In this document: piece by piece, positions 31,075-40,640 of the stretch
Position numbering within the stretch: the stretch's first letter is position 1
How the letters are laid out: the number at the start of each line of letters is the position of its first letter
Assembly: GCA_963674825.1 (NCBI GenBank)
Contig: OY771587.1
Span: 1,184,001-1,248,000 of the forward strand
From: Candidatus Cloacimonadales bacterium
GTDB taxonomy: Bacteria > Cloacimonadota > Cloacimonadia > Cloacimonadales > JAIOQZ01
DNA: 64,000 nucleotides
Reading direction: 5' to 3'
Notes under the pieces: model-generated
The model's input: the letters and a program-made list of their open reading frames with translations, nothing else
Database searches by the model: none
What the model was told of the DNA's origin: nothing
Position numbers and translations under genes: made by a program

Positions 31075-32331
31075 ATGAATGGAACCTTTGGGAAAATCGG
31101 AGTAGTGACGATTCTGCTGTCGCTCTGCTTCGGAATGCTTTATGCCGATAGAACCAGCGCTAACACCGAGTGGAAAGACGGCATCCTGCAATTCTCATCA
31201 AGCGACGGTATGTTCAAGACACGCTTCGATGTCCGGATGTATCTGGACGGAGCAGTTTATTTCGAGAACAAGAATGAAGAATCAATGAGTGACGGTACCG
31301 ATCTTCGTCGTGTTCGCTTCGCGATGAAAGTAAAGCTCTGGGAAAAATGGCGCGCAGAATGGGATATGGATTTTGCCACCTATACTAAGAAAAGCGACAA
31401 GAAAAACACGGGACCGGAAGTCAAGGATATGTGGCTTGCCTACACGCCCTGGGACAACGCAATGCTCAAAGTTGGCCATTTCAAGCCGCCATTCAGCATG
31501 GAAGAACTAACCAGTTCTGCAAAAACCGTATTCCTCGAACGCGCTTACCCGAATGTATTCACCACCGGTCGCCGTATCGGTGTTGGTATGAGCTTCTGGA
31601 AACCATGGATGCATGTTTCGGCAGGTATGTTCGGCGAAGCAGCCGAAAACCTCGACCAGAAATCGGGTGACGAAGGCTCGGCAATCGCGGCACGTATCGT
31701 TGTCGCGCCCATCAATAACGAAAAATCCCTCGTGCATATCGGCGGTGCCGTCCAGTGGATCACTCCCGATGCAGTGGAAGACGGGCAGCAGCGCGTAATC
31801 GGATTCGACGAACGTCCCGAAACCAGCGTTGCCCGTACAAAATTCCTGGATACAGGTGATATCACAGACGTATCCGGCTATAACACTTTGGGCGGCGAGC
31901 TGGCTGGTAAATTCGGCCCGTTCTACGCTGAAGCCGAATACATGCTGACCACTGTATTGCGCAGAGCAGATAAGGAAGACGCAGAATTCGCAGGCGGTTA
32001 CGCGATGGTTGGCTGGTTCATCACCGGTGAATCCAGGCCCTACGATATCGAAGAAGCCGAGTTTGGCAAACCAGTTCCAAGCAGCGAATACGGTGCTCTG
32101 GAAGTCGCGCTGCGTTACAGCCACCTTGACCTCACCGACGAAGACGCCCTGATCTATGGCGGCATGGCAAACAATTACGCGGTCGCGCTCAACTGGTATC
32201 CCAATAACAACATACGACTCATGATTAATTACATCATGGTCGAAAACTCCGAATACGCTGACGGCGGTGGCGATTATGAGGGTGAAGACAATTTCTCCTT
32301 CGTCACAGCACGAGTGCTGGTCAATTTCTAA
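31075..32331 (+). CDS. OprO/OprP-family phosphate-selective porin
   Basis: Signal peptide; 'DLRRVRF', 'GHFKPPFSMEELTSS...FLER', 'WFITGESRPY', 'GALEVALRYS.LDL', 'LNWYPN.NIR', C-terminal Phe. Confidence 0.9.
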   Translation: MNGTFGKIGVVTILLSLCFGMLYADRTSANTEWKDGILQFSSSDGMFKTRFDVRMYLDGAVYFENKNEESMSDGTDLRRVRFAMKVKLWEKWRAEWDMDFATYTKKSDKKNTGPEVKDMWLAYTPWDNAMLKVGHFKPPFSMEELTSSAKTVFLERAYPNVFTTGRRIGVGMSFWKPWMHVSAGMFGEAAENLDQKSGDEGSAIAARIVVAPINNEKSLVHIGGAVQWITPDAVEDGQQRVIGFDERPETSVARTKFLDTGDITDVSGYNTLGGELAGKFGPFYAEAEYMLTTVLRRADKEDAEFAGGYAMVGWFITGESRPYDIEEAEFGKPVPSSEYGALEVALRYSHLDLTDEDALIYGGMANNYAVALNWYPNNNIRLMINYIMVENSEYADGGGDYEGEDNFSFVTARVLVNF

Positions 32332-32343
32332 GGGAGGTGTGTG

Positions 32344-33330
32344 ATGAAAAGCAAGACAAGCTTCACCGACCGTATGCGTAACCTTTTCCTGAAAAAGCAG
32401 ACTGACGACAAACCAGATCGCAAGAAAGCCAACCGCACAGACAAACGGCTGACCCTTCCTCCGCATCACGTCATTATGCTGATGGTCCCGATCCTGTTCC
32501 TTTTCGCGTGTAGCCTCGACGAAGATCCGATTGGCGGCGGTGGCGGAACATCCGATGTAAATCTGTTGATCAACGAAGTCTCCGCCAAAGGCGAAGACTG
32601 GATCGAGATCTACAATCCGGAATCACAGCTCATCGACATCACCGGCTTCCAATGCTACGACGGTGGTCATCAGGCCGATCCATACATCTTTCCGAACGCA
32701 CAGATCCCCGCAATGGGCTATCTGGTTCTTCATTTCAACGCTGTCGGGCAGCTCTACAACGCTTCGTTTGGCCTTTCTGCCGACGGTGAAAGCATCACCC
32801 TGGCCGATACCAACGGCGACCTGGTCGATCACGTCGATTCTCCCGCTCTGGGTGACGGTGAGTTCTACGCACGCGTTCCAAACGGCGGAAATACGTGGCA
32901 GATTGTTAATACCGCTACGCCCGGAATGCCCAATATTGGCGGAGTTCCCTCGCAAACCCTCTTCCTGAACGAGATTGTCTCGACTGGCGATCCCGACTGG
33001 GTAGAGCTTTACAATGCCACTCCATCCGATATCGATATCAGCGGATACTTTATCTATGATGGCGGCTCGTCGGACAACAAGAGCGTTTTCCCGGCTGGCA
33101 CTGTCGTTCCCGCGAACGGCTTCCTTACCTGGGATTGCGATGATGTGCAGACCAATTTCAAGCTCTCAAGCGGTGGCGAAGATGTCTATCTCGAGAATGA
33201 TCTCGAAGAGGCAATCGACAGCGTCACTTTCCCGGCTATGAACGATGGCGAATCGTACGCTCGCATCCCGGACGGCGGCGATTGGGCGATTACAACAACT
33301 CCGACACCGGGGTCGACGAACGGAGAATAA
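32344..33330 (+). CDS. Lipoprotein with two lamin-tail domains
   Basis: Lipobox 'LFAC'; two repeats 'INEV...DWIEIYN...IDI.G...F.LS..GE...YAR.P.G..W...TPG..N'. Confidence 0.82.
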   Translation: MKSKTSFTDRMRNLFLKKQTDDKPDRKKANRTDKRLTLPPHHVIMLMVPILFLFACSLDEDPIGGGGGTSDVNLLINEVSAKGEDWIEIYNPESQLIDITGFQCYDGGHQADPYIFPNAQIPAMGYLVLHFNAVGQLYNASFGLSADGESITLADTNGDLVDHVDSPALGDGEFYARVPNGGNTWQIVNTATPGMPNIGGVPSQTLFLNEIVSTGDPDWVELYNATPSDIDISGYFIYDGGSSDNKSVFPAGTVVPANGFLTWDCDDVQTNFKLSSGGEDVYLENDLEEAIDSVTFPAMNDGESYARIPDGGDWAITTTPTPGSTNGE

Positions 33331-34044
33331 ATGACCAAAATCTGGATTGCGATCCTGTCACTCTGCTTTTTGTTTGTGATCTTCGGATGCGAAGATAAAA
33401 AATCTGAAGATACTAAACTGGATTTCATTGCCAGTTTTCCACTTAAAATTGTCGAGCCATCCGGTCTTACCTACGATGGCACCAATCTTTGGACTGTCAG
33501 CGATGAAGAAGGTATGATCTATAAAATCGATACCGAAGGTGTGATTCTGGACTCGATCGATACCGAATTCGAGGACCTCGAAGGAATCGCTTGGGATAGC
33601 GAGAACAATCTACTTTGGGTTGCTGATGAACTCGATTCGAGGATATATGTTCTCGACACAGCAGGTACCGTTCGCGATACCATCAATCCCAGCTTCACAG
33701 GATCATATCTCAGTCTGGAGGGTTTATGCTACCGCGACAGTAGCTTCTGTGCGGCGGTCTATTATGCAGTCCAAGAAGCTGAAGCGGATATGGGAGGCGG
33801 AGCTTCCTACCCTCTCGACTTCAAGCCATCCGGGCTGGATTACGCAGAGGACAGAAGTTTCACACTTTATATCGTCAGCGATGAAACCGACTGTCTGTAC
33901 AAATGGAAATCGGGGATTCATCCTGAGATCCTTGAGCAATGGGAACTCAGGTCCGATGATCCTGAGGGTGTCGCTGTCGTGGGCAATAGGGTATATGTGG
34001 TCGACGATTCTGAAAACAGACTCGACATCTATATCCTGAATTAA
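33331..34044 (+). CDS. SdiA-regulated/YjiK-like beta-propeller lipoprotein
   Basis: Lipobox 'IFGC'; repeats 'EPSGLTY...LWTVSDE', 'DLEGIAW', 'LEGL', 'PSGL...IVSDE', 'PEGVAV'. Confidence 0.78.
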   Translation: MTKIWIAILSLCFLFVIFGCEDKKSEDTKLDFIASFPLKIVEPSGLTYDGTNLWTVSDEEGMIYKIDTEGVILDSIDTEFEDLEGIAWDSENNLLWVADELDSRIYVLDTAGTVRDTINPSFTGSYLSLEGLCYRDSSFCAAVYYAVQEAEADMGGGASYPLDFKPSGLDYAEDRSFTLYIVSDETDCLYKWKSGIHPEILEQWELRSDDPEGVAVVGNRVYVVDDSENRLDIYILN

Positions 34045-34084
34045 CATTCTCAACGTAAGTAATGAATAAAACCTGGAGGTTACC

Positions 34085-34930
34085 ATGAAAAAGATATTGA
34101 TCAGTGCTTTTCTTCTGACCGCGCTTTGCGGACTCTTTGCACAGAGCCTCTTCATCAACGAGGTGATGGCTAAAAACGAAACGACTATTGCCGATCCCCA
34201 AGGTGATTTCTGCGATTGGGTGGAGATCTACAACGGTGGCGATTCCGACATCGATATGGGCGGTCTCTACTTCGCAGACGACCATTATGACGGTACACTC
34301 GGCAGCGCTTACATGATCCCGACCACCAATTCGGAAGCGACAACCGTCCCCGCCGGTGGCTATCTATTGTTCTGGTTTGACGAAGATACCGCGGACGGAG
34401 AAACACACATCAACACCAAACTCGGCGGCGATAGTGACGCGGTTTACCTGCTGAACGCCGACAACGAAGTCATCGACAGCTTTGAATACGAATACGATGC
34501 CGAAACTGGACTTGACGTGGACGACGTTTCGATCGGACGCGTGCCCGACGGAACCAACGGATGGTCTTTCTTCGGATCAGACTACATGTACATGCCGAAT
34601 CCCGGTACGACCAACAACCTGATTGCGAACAACGAGCAATCCGTTCCTGATATCGCGGCCATCAGCATGACAAACTTCCCGAATCCGTTCAATCCGGAAA
34701 CGACTGTCAGCTTTAACGTACCGGAAGAGATGAACGCATCCGTGACCGTTTACAACATCCGCGGCCAGAAAATCGCAACCCTCTTCAACGGCAGAGCCGA
34801 AGCCGGTGCCAACAGCGTTGTATGGAACGGCACCGACGAATCCGGCAAGAAAGTTTCCAGCGGCATCTATTTCTATAAGCTTACTGCCGGAAATCAAACC
34901 CAGCTCAAAAAGATGGTGATGGTTAAGTGA
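34085..34930 (+). CDS. Secreted lamin-tail-domain protein with C-terminal FlgD-Ig/T9SS-like domain
   Basis: Signal peptide; 'INEVMAKN...D..G...DWVEIYN'; C-terminal 'NFPNPFNPETTVSF...SSGIYFYKL...KKMVMVK'. Confidence 0.85.
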   Translation: MKKILISAFLLTALCGLFAQSLFINEVMAKNETTIADPQGDFCDWVEIYNGGDSDIDMGGLYFADDHYDGTLGSAYMIPTTNSEATTVPAGGYLLFWFDEDTADGETHINTKLGGDSDAVYLLNADNEVIDSFEYEYDAETGLDVDDVSIGRVPDGTNGWSFFGSDYMYMPNPGTTNNLIANNEQSVPDIAAISMTNFPNPFNPETTVSFNVPEEMNASVTVYNIRGQKIATLFNGRAEAGANSVVWNGTDESGKKVSSGIYFYKLTAGNQTQLKKMVMVK

Positions 34931-34977
34931 CCCTCACACAGCCTCTCCCATTAATGGGCGAAGGTGTAGAGATAATG

Positions 34978-35006
34978 AAAGGCAGGTCGTTTGTACCTGC
35001 CTTTTT
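34978..35006 (+). terminator. Intrinsic terminator ending the phosphate-related locus
   Basis: AAAGGCAGGT...ACCTGCCTTTTT. Confidence 0.75.
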
Positions 35007-35042
35007 CTATGGAAATTTGATGGGGAACCCTCTCTCTCCAAT

Positions 35043-38000
35043 CTACGAGCTTTCGATCTTCTGCAAGAGCTCCTTACCTTTCTCCGTGAATTCGGCGTTG
35101 TTGAGCTCTTCTGCCTTCGTAAGGCCTTCTCGCGCCAGTTCCGCCGCCTCGGCCTTCTTTCCGTCCTCAAACAGCAAATCCGCCTTTTCGATCAGGAATT
35201 CAGGAAGTGAATGGCTCATGCCGGATTGCTCGATCAGCGTCAATCCCAGCTCGAAATGCCGGTACGCTTCCTCGAAATCACCTGCCAGCTTGCAAGCTCG
35301 CGCCATGTTCGCACGGATGTTGATCAGCGATTCGATGTCGTTGATCTCCTTGGCATAAGCAAGGGCATCCTGGTGATGCTCCAGCGCTTGCGTGTAGTCG
35401 CCGACGCATTGCAGTACGTAGCCGATGTTGTCGAGCATACGGATCATCTCACTCTTGAGCCCGAGTTCGCGGTTGATTGTAAGCGCGTTTCGGTAGTATT
35501 CAAGCGCTTCTGGATACTTCTGTTGACCGTCGAGCACCCAACCCAGATTGCCCATCGTGCGTGAAATCTGGATCTTATCACCCTGTTCCTCTGCAATCTT
35601 GAGCTGCCGCTTGAGGAACTCTGTCGAATTCTCGAAATCGCCAGTATAGCGATAGATCACACCCAGATTACCCAACGCTTCAGCCACACGAAGCGGATCA
35701 CCCATTTTTTCGAAGGCGTTAAGCTCCTCTTCAAAGTAGTGGAATGCATCCTTCTGCTTGCCCTGCCAAAAACTCAGAACGCCCATCTCCAGATAAGTCA
35801 ATCCGAGCATCTTCAGGTCGTTTTCGGACGAGAAAAGCTCTAGCGCTTCTTTCAGAAGCGTTTCGCATTGCTCGTAATTACCGCTGAGCTTGAGGAGGTT
35901 TGCCAGATCGAGGTTCGTTTTGGCGATATCAAGCCTGCTACCCCATTTATGGGCTATTTCCGCCGCTTCTTCCACCGCCTTATTCGCCTCGTCCATGTTA
36001 CCCAAAACCTGGTTGTAATACTTCGCTTCCAGCAAAGCACCCACAAGCGACTGCACGATCTCTGCGCGCGAGTCCGCTGTATCCAGTTCCTGCTTCAAGA
36101 GCTCGATCTGACGGCTACGGTACTGCAATGCTGCGCGATTCTGGTAGTTTCGCTTGGCGTGACTGGATGCCTTTTCGAGGTACTCGATAGCGCGGTCGCG
36201 TATCTCGGCGTTGTCGTAATGATACGCGAGGTCGCTGTAATGGAGTTCGATATCGGTATCGAAAAGTTCGCGAATGGTGTCGGCCGCCAGACGATGCAAT
36301 TCCCGAAGGCGCTGCTTAAGCTGAATGCCGTAAACAACCTCGCGGATGAGGGTGTTGTTGAAGATATAGCGTAGCTTCTGTAGGGGCATCCAGATGTTCT
36401 CGCGCTGGGCTTCGACTACGATTTCATCGAAGCTGTCACGATCGATCGGCTCGGTGATGTTGTGCAACATGGTCGAAAGTATGTTAACCGGAAATTCTCT
36501 GCCCAGTACAGACGCGGTCTGTACCGCTTGCTTGACTTGTTCAGTCAGCCGGTCTATACGCGCGATAATGATCTCGTTGATACGCGATGGAATCTCGATT
36601 TTATCGTTTTTCAGGGTGAAGTCATTGGCAAGAAGATTGTTCTCCTGCAAGTACATGAGAATCTGCTCGATATAGAAAGGATTGCCTTCGCTCTTGTTCC
36701 ATACTAGATTGAAAGTCGCTTCCGGTAGCGACCCAAGCAATTCCGCGATCATCTCCTGTGCCGCTTCGCGACTGAGGTTTTGCAGCCGTAGCCGGATAGT
36801 TGGAACATCTTTGAGCACCAGATCGAACGAACTACCGTCGTCTTGGAATCGGCAGGAAAGAACGATCGCAAAAGGATAGTCTTCCACGTTTCGGGTAAGC
36901 GTAGTCAGCCAGCTGACGGTATCGGTGTCAATCAGATGAGCATCATCGATTACGATCACCCGCGGTTTGTGCAGACTCATGGCCAGTATCAGCGTTTTTA
37001 GTGCGTAAAGTGTGTTCTCGTAACGTCCTCGTGCGTCGAGTTGCTCATAGAGGGAGTTTTCCCAACGCAAGCCCAGCATTCCGCCGATTACGGAGCGAGT
37101 TCGTTCCAACTCGACACGTAGATCAGCGTCCAGAACCTGTTTTTGAAATTCATCGAAACGCTGGTCGAATGTAGCTCTGTTTTCGTCGAGCGTACGGCTC
37201 TCTTCCTGCTCGAAACTGAGTTCGAGGAAATGCAGGATGGGGTTGAAGCTCTTGCGCAGGATGCCATCGCAAGGCATCTCGATCCAGCGAATTTCATCAG
37301 ACTCGGCCATCATCTCGTGAATGAGCCTGCTCTTTCCGGTTCCGGCCGAGCCGTCGAGATAGATCAGGCCGCCAAAACGCTTTTCGTTCAACGGTGATAG
37401 GGTTTCAGTCAGCTTCTGGAGTTCATCCGCACGATCTATAAGCTTCCCGCTGAACTTGTTCTGCTGGCTGCTTTTCAAGCGTTGTTCCAGCAGGTAGACC
37501 GGTATGGGTTCCGGAAATCCCTTGAATACTTGATCGCTCTTGAATTCGATTTTATACTGCTGTGCCAGATTCGCGTTGAAGAAGCGATCAACATAGATCT
37601 GGTGCCAGTCCGCACTCATGGCGAAGCGTGCTGAGAGGTTCACAACCATGCCAAGCGCAGTATATTCGCTACGTGTATCGCTGCCCACGAAGCCGGTAAA
37701 CGCCGTTCCGAAGGTCATGCCGACCCGTAGATTGATATCGGGAAGCTGCCGTAACGCCAGTGCGTAGTCGCATGCACGGGCAAACATCTTTTCACGGCCA
37801 ACGGGTGCACCGAAGATGACCAGGGCGATTCCGCCCTTGTCGCCGAAATCGAATTTATTGAAGTACCCGCCATAGCGCACGGCAAGCCGTACGATCTCAG
37901 GCAGTGCAGCATCGAGGTTACCGCCTTCATCGAACGATATAAACATCGAGATGACGTCGCGGAACTCACCCGGCGTCTTCAGATTGATAACAGCTTCCGG

Positions 38001-38642
38001 AATGAAGCGCTCAATCCCGGTATCGCAAGGCTTGATATCCACCGGTCGCGATGAGATCATCCAGTTTTCCGGCTGCACGTGATAGTAGCCATCACGATAC
38101 TCCTTTCTGCATGAAATGCCTGGCTCGAAATCGATAACAGCACAGCCCTTTTCGCAATGCTTCTCACATCTGGCAGCGCCATCAATCGCATCGCCCCGGA
38201 AGTAGTAGGCGTTTTGCTCATCGCAGCGAATGATCTTCCATTCCACTTCCCCACGTGAAACACCGATCTTCACCGCGAGCTGGAAATCGCCGAAACGGGT
38301 AGTCTGGAAGCCAATAGATTCGAAGCTTGTGAGGATATCCATTGCCGCCCGTAGGGGCATGTTGTTATCGGTATGTTCTGCGGGAAACACAGCGGTGAAG
38401 GCATCTCCTGCAAAGCATGAAACGAAGCCATGATTACGATAAATGGAGTCGATTGCCGGCGTGAAAACACGGTTGATGATCCCCGTAAGGATTTCTGCGC
38501 CTTCTTTGCCGTTTTTCATTAATGTATGGGTCATGAGCGTGAAACCAGATACGTCAATGAACATGGTTCTGGCCTGTAAATTCCCGGAAGTCCGTTCATT
38601 CGCAGCATGATCGAGTATAGTTCTTGGAATGAGTTGTCGCAT
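35043..38642 (-). CDS. Class III adenylate/guanylate cyclase - STAND ATPase - TPR protein
   Basis: Cyclase motifs 'FIDVSGFT', 'FAGDA'; second cyclase domain 'FGDKG..FGAP', 'VNLSARF'; Walker A 'GSAGTGKS', Walker B 'IVIDDAH', 'GNPFY'; C-terminal TPRs. Confidence 0.88.
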   Translation of the reverse strand: MRQLIPRTILDHAANERTSGNLQARTMFIDVSGFTLMTHTLMKNGKEGAEILTGIINRVFTPAIDSIYRNHGFVSCFAGDAFTAVFPAEHTDNNMPLRAAMDILTSFESIGFQTTRFGDFQLAVKIGVSRGEVEWKIIRCDEQNAYYFRGDAIDGAARCEKHCEKGCAVIDFEPGISCRKEYRDGYYHVQPENWMISSRPVDIKPCDTGIERFIPEAVINLKTPGEFRDVISMFISFDEGGNLDAALPEIVRLAVRYGGYFNKFDFGDKGGIALVIFGAPVGREKMFARACDYALALRQLPDINLRVGMTFGTAFTGFVGSDTRSEYTALGMVVNLSARFAMSADWHQIYVDRFFNANLAQQYKIEFKSDQVFKGFPEPIPVYLLEQRLKSSQQNKFSGKLIDRADELQKLTETLSPLNEKRFGGLIYLDGSAGTGKSRLIHEMMAESDEIRWIEMPCDGILRKSFNPILHFLELSFEQEESRTLDENRATFDQRFDEFQKQVLDADLRVELERTRSVIGGMLGLRWENSLYEQLDARGRYENTLYALKTLILAMSLHKPRVIVIDDAHLIDTDTVSWLTTLTRNVEDYPFAIVLSCRFQDDGSSFDLVLKDVPTIRLRLQNLSREAAQEMIAELLGSLPEATFNLVWNKSEGNPFYIEQILMYLQENNLLANDFTLKNDKIEIPSRINEIIIARIDRLTEQVKQAVQTASVLGREFPVNILSTMLHNITEPIDRDSFDEIVVEAQRENIWMPLQKLRYIFNNTLIREVVYGIQLKQRLRELHRLAADTIRELFDTDIELHYSDLAYHYDNAEIRDRAIEYLEKASSHAKRNYQNRAALQYRSRQIELLKQELDTADSRAEIVQSLVGALLEAKYYNQVLGNMDEANKAVEEAAEIAHKWGSRLDIAKTNLDLANLLKLSGNYEQCETLLKEALELFSSENDLKMLGLTYLEMGVLSFWQGKQKDAFHYFEEELNAFEKMGDPLRVAEALGNLGVIYRYTGDFENSTEFLKRQLKIAEEQGDKIQISRTMGNLGWVLDGQQKYPEALEYYRNALTINRELGLKSEMIRMLDNIGYVLQCVGDYTQALEHHQDALAYAKEINDIESLINIRANMARACKLAGDFEEAYRHFELGLTLIEQSGMSHSLPEFLIEKADLLFEDGKKAEAAELAREGLTKAEELNNAEFTEKGKELLQKIESS

Positions 38643-38755
38643 TTTCCATCCTTACACGGTATCTCAACATTCGTATAAATAATACATCAGGAAAGTTCGA
38701 TGCTGTCAAGAAAAACGTGCACTCCCGGCTTTGCATCTCCTAACAGTAATTTCAT

Positions 38756-38791
38756 TTGACAGCGAAACAAATAAATCTAACGATCGTTTGA
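38756..38791 (+). promoter_or_regulatory. Promoter with a palindromic TetR-type operator
   Basis: TTGACA at 38756-38761; perfect palindrome AACGATCGTT (38779-38788) within TCTAACGATCGTTTGA, just before the RBS. Confidence 0.55.
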
Positions 38792-38807
38792 GATAAAAGG
38801 AGTCACG

Positions 38808-39461
38808 ATGCGCAAACCACGTTGCGATGGACAGCAAACCAGAAAACGGCTGTTGGATGAAGCATGCAAATTGTTCGCAGAGCTTGGTTTTTATAAAACC
38901 ACCACACAGGAGATCTGCAAAAAAGCAGATACCAATCCGGCGGCTGTGAATTATTATTTCAAGAGTAAGAAGGATCTTTATATCGAGAGCTGGAAGCACG
39001 CATTCAATATTTCTCTCGAACGGTATCCCGCCGACGGAAGAATTCCGGCCGATGCACTGGCCGAACAGCGACTTTTCGGCAGGATATCCTCGATCGTACG
39101 CAGAGTTGTCGATCAGGAGAATTATAGCTTTGACATCTCTCATAAGGAAATGGCGAACCCGACAGGCTATTTGCAGGATGCACTGCATGAAGCATTCAGC
39201 CCCATTCGGGAAGGTCTCAGACAGGTTATCATCGAATTATTGGGCGATTCTGCAACAGATGAAGCCGTCGAGATGTGCCGTCACAGCATCCTGTCACAGT
39301 GTTTCAGCCCTCTTCTCGACTTCCGTAAGCGCAAGAAAAAGAAGGGCTTGAAGAAACACGACTTCATGGTTCTCAGCACAGATAAACTCGAACAGCACAT
39401 ATTTCAATTCAGTCTGGCTGGGATTCTAGCAGTAAAAGAAAATATAAAATCGGAGGAATAG
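38808..39461 (+). CDS. TetR-family regulator (CecR/DUF1956-like)
   Basis: 'TRKRLLDEACKLFAELGF..TT..IC..A..N.AAVNYYF.SKKDLY'; C-terminal 'HIFQFSLAGI'. Confidence 0.88.
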   Translation: MRKPRCDGQQTRKRLLDEACKLFAELGFYKTTTQEICKKADTNPAAVNYYFKSKKDLYIESWKHAFNISLERYPADGRIPADALAEQRLFGRISSIVRRVVDQENYSFDISHKEMANPTGYLQDALHEAFSPIREGLRQVIIELLGDSATDEAVEMCRHSILSQCFSPLLDFRKRKKKKGLKKHDFMVLSTDKLEQHIFQFSLAGILAVKENIKSEE

Positions 39462-40640
39462 ATGGGATTCAACGCGAGACATTATTTCATTGCAATTATT
39501 GCGATTGTAACAGTTGCGTTCATTATTGCAGGATGTAGTAACACCGATGGCGGCAAGATGAGCAAGCCTCCTGTCGCAGTGGAGATCACGAAAGTTTCTC
39601 ATGAAAATATCCGGGATATCGGCACTTTCAGCGGTACGCTGTCCCCACGTAGCAGCTTCACCGTATCACCCAAAGTAGCAGGACGGCTCCAACGGCTAAC
39701 AGTCGATATCGGCGACGTGGTTCATTCTGGGCAGATGATAGCAGTCCTGGATGACGAGGAATACGTGCAGGATGTACTTCAGGCAAAAGCTGATCTGGCT
39801 GTCGCGCAAGCGCAAAAAGTGCAGACTGAAAGCGCGCTGAACCTTGCCTCGCGTGAACTTGAGCGCGTCAAGACACTGCGTGAAAAAGACTTCGTGTCCG
39901 AATCGGATATGGATCAGGCGCAGTCTGAATACGACGCGGCCTACGCCAATCATCAAGTGGCAAACGCACAACTGGAGAAGCGCAAGGCCGAGCTCAAATC
40001 CGCAGAAGTACGTCAATCCTACACACGTATCACCGTTTCCTGGGAAGAAGGTCCCGCTACTCGCGTTGTGGGTGAGCGATATGTGGATGAAGGCGCTATG
40101 TTAACCCCAAACAGCGCAATCGTCAGCATCCTCGACAATAGCTCTATGACAGCCGAGATCGATGTAATCGAACGCGATTATCCCAAGATTCGCATCGGAC
40201 AACCTGCAATCATTTCGACCGACGCTTTCGCAAATGAAGATTTCGTGGGCAAGATCAACCGCATTGCGCCGATGTTGCAGGAATCTTCACGTCAGGCAAA
40301 GGTCGAGATCGATGTACCGAATCCCGATGGCAACCTCAGACCTGGGATGTTTGCACGGGTTCAGATCGAATTCCAGACCCACGAGAACGCAATTGTCATC
40401 CCAACCTCTGCCCTTGCCCGTAGAAATGAGCACGAAGGAGTATTCATCATAGACCGCGACACGATGACAGCGAAGTTCGTGGAAGTCCAAACCGGTATCC
40501 GTCAGGACGATCGCATCGAAGTGATCAAGCCCGAACTCAAGGGTGAAATCGTCGTTCTCGGACACCATCTGCTGGAAGACGGCGGTGCTATCAGATTGCC
40601 AAACGCGAAACCGCAGAATAATGGGGAGATGAGTAAATGA
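39462..40640 (+). CDS. RND efflux periplasmic adaptor (MFP)
   Basis: Lipobox 'IAGC'; 'VSPKVAGR...VDIGD.V..GQ.IA.LD'; 'LRPGMFARV'. Confidence 0.92.
   Translation: MGFNARHYFIAIIAIVTVAFIIAGCSNTDGGKMSKPPVAVEITKVSHENIRDIGTFSGTLSPRSSFTVSPKVAGRLQRLTVDIGDVVHSGQMIAVLDDEEYVQDVLQAKADLAVAQAQKVQTESALNLASRELERVKTLREKDFVSESDMDQAQSEYDAAYANHQVANAQLEKRKAELKSAEVRQSYTRITVSWEEGPATRVVGERYVDEGAMLTPNSAIVSILDNSSMTAEIDVIERDYPKIRIGQPAIISTDAFANEDFVGKINRIAPMLQESSRQAKVEIDVPNPDGNLRPGMFARVQIEFQTHENAIVIPTSALARRNEHEGVFIIDRDTMTAKFVEVQTGIRQDDRIEVIKPELKGEIVVLGHHLLEDGGAIRLPNAKPQNNGEMSK

Noticed and set aside
31507..32469. 320-aa antisense ORF, and similar long shadow ORFs (e.g. 9753-10499, 42689-43456, 11177-11878)
   Set aside because: They lie antisense to well-supported genes and show no motifs; typical codon-bias shadows.
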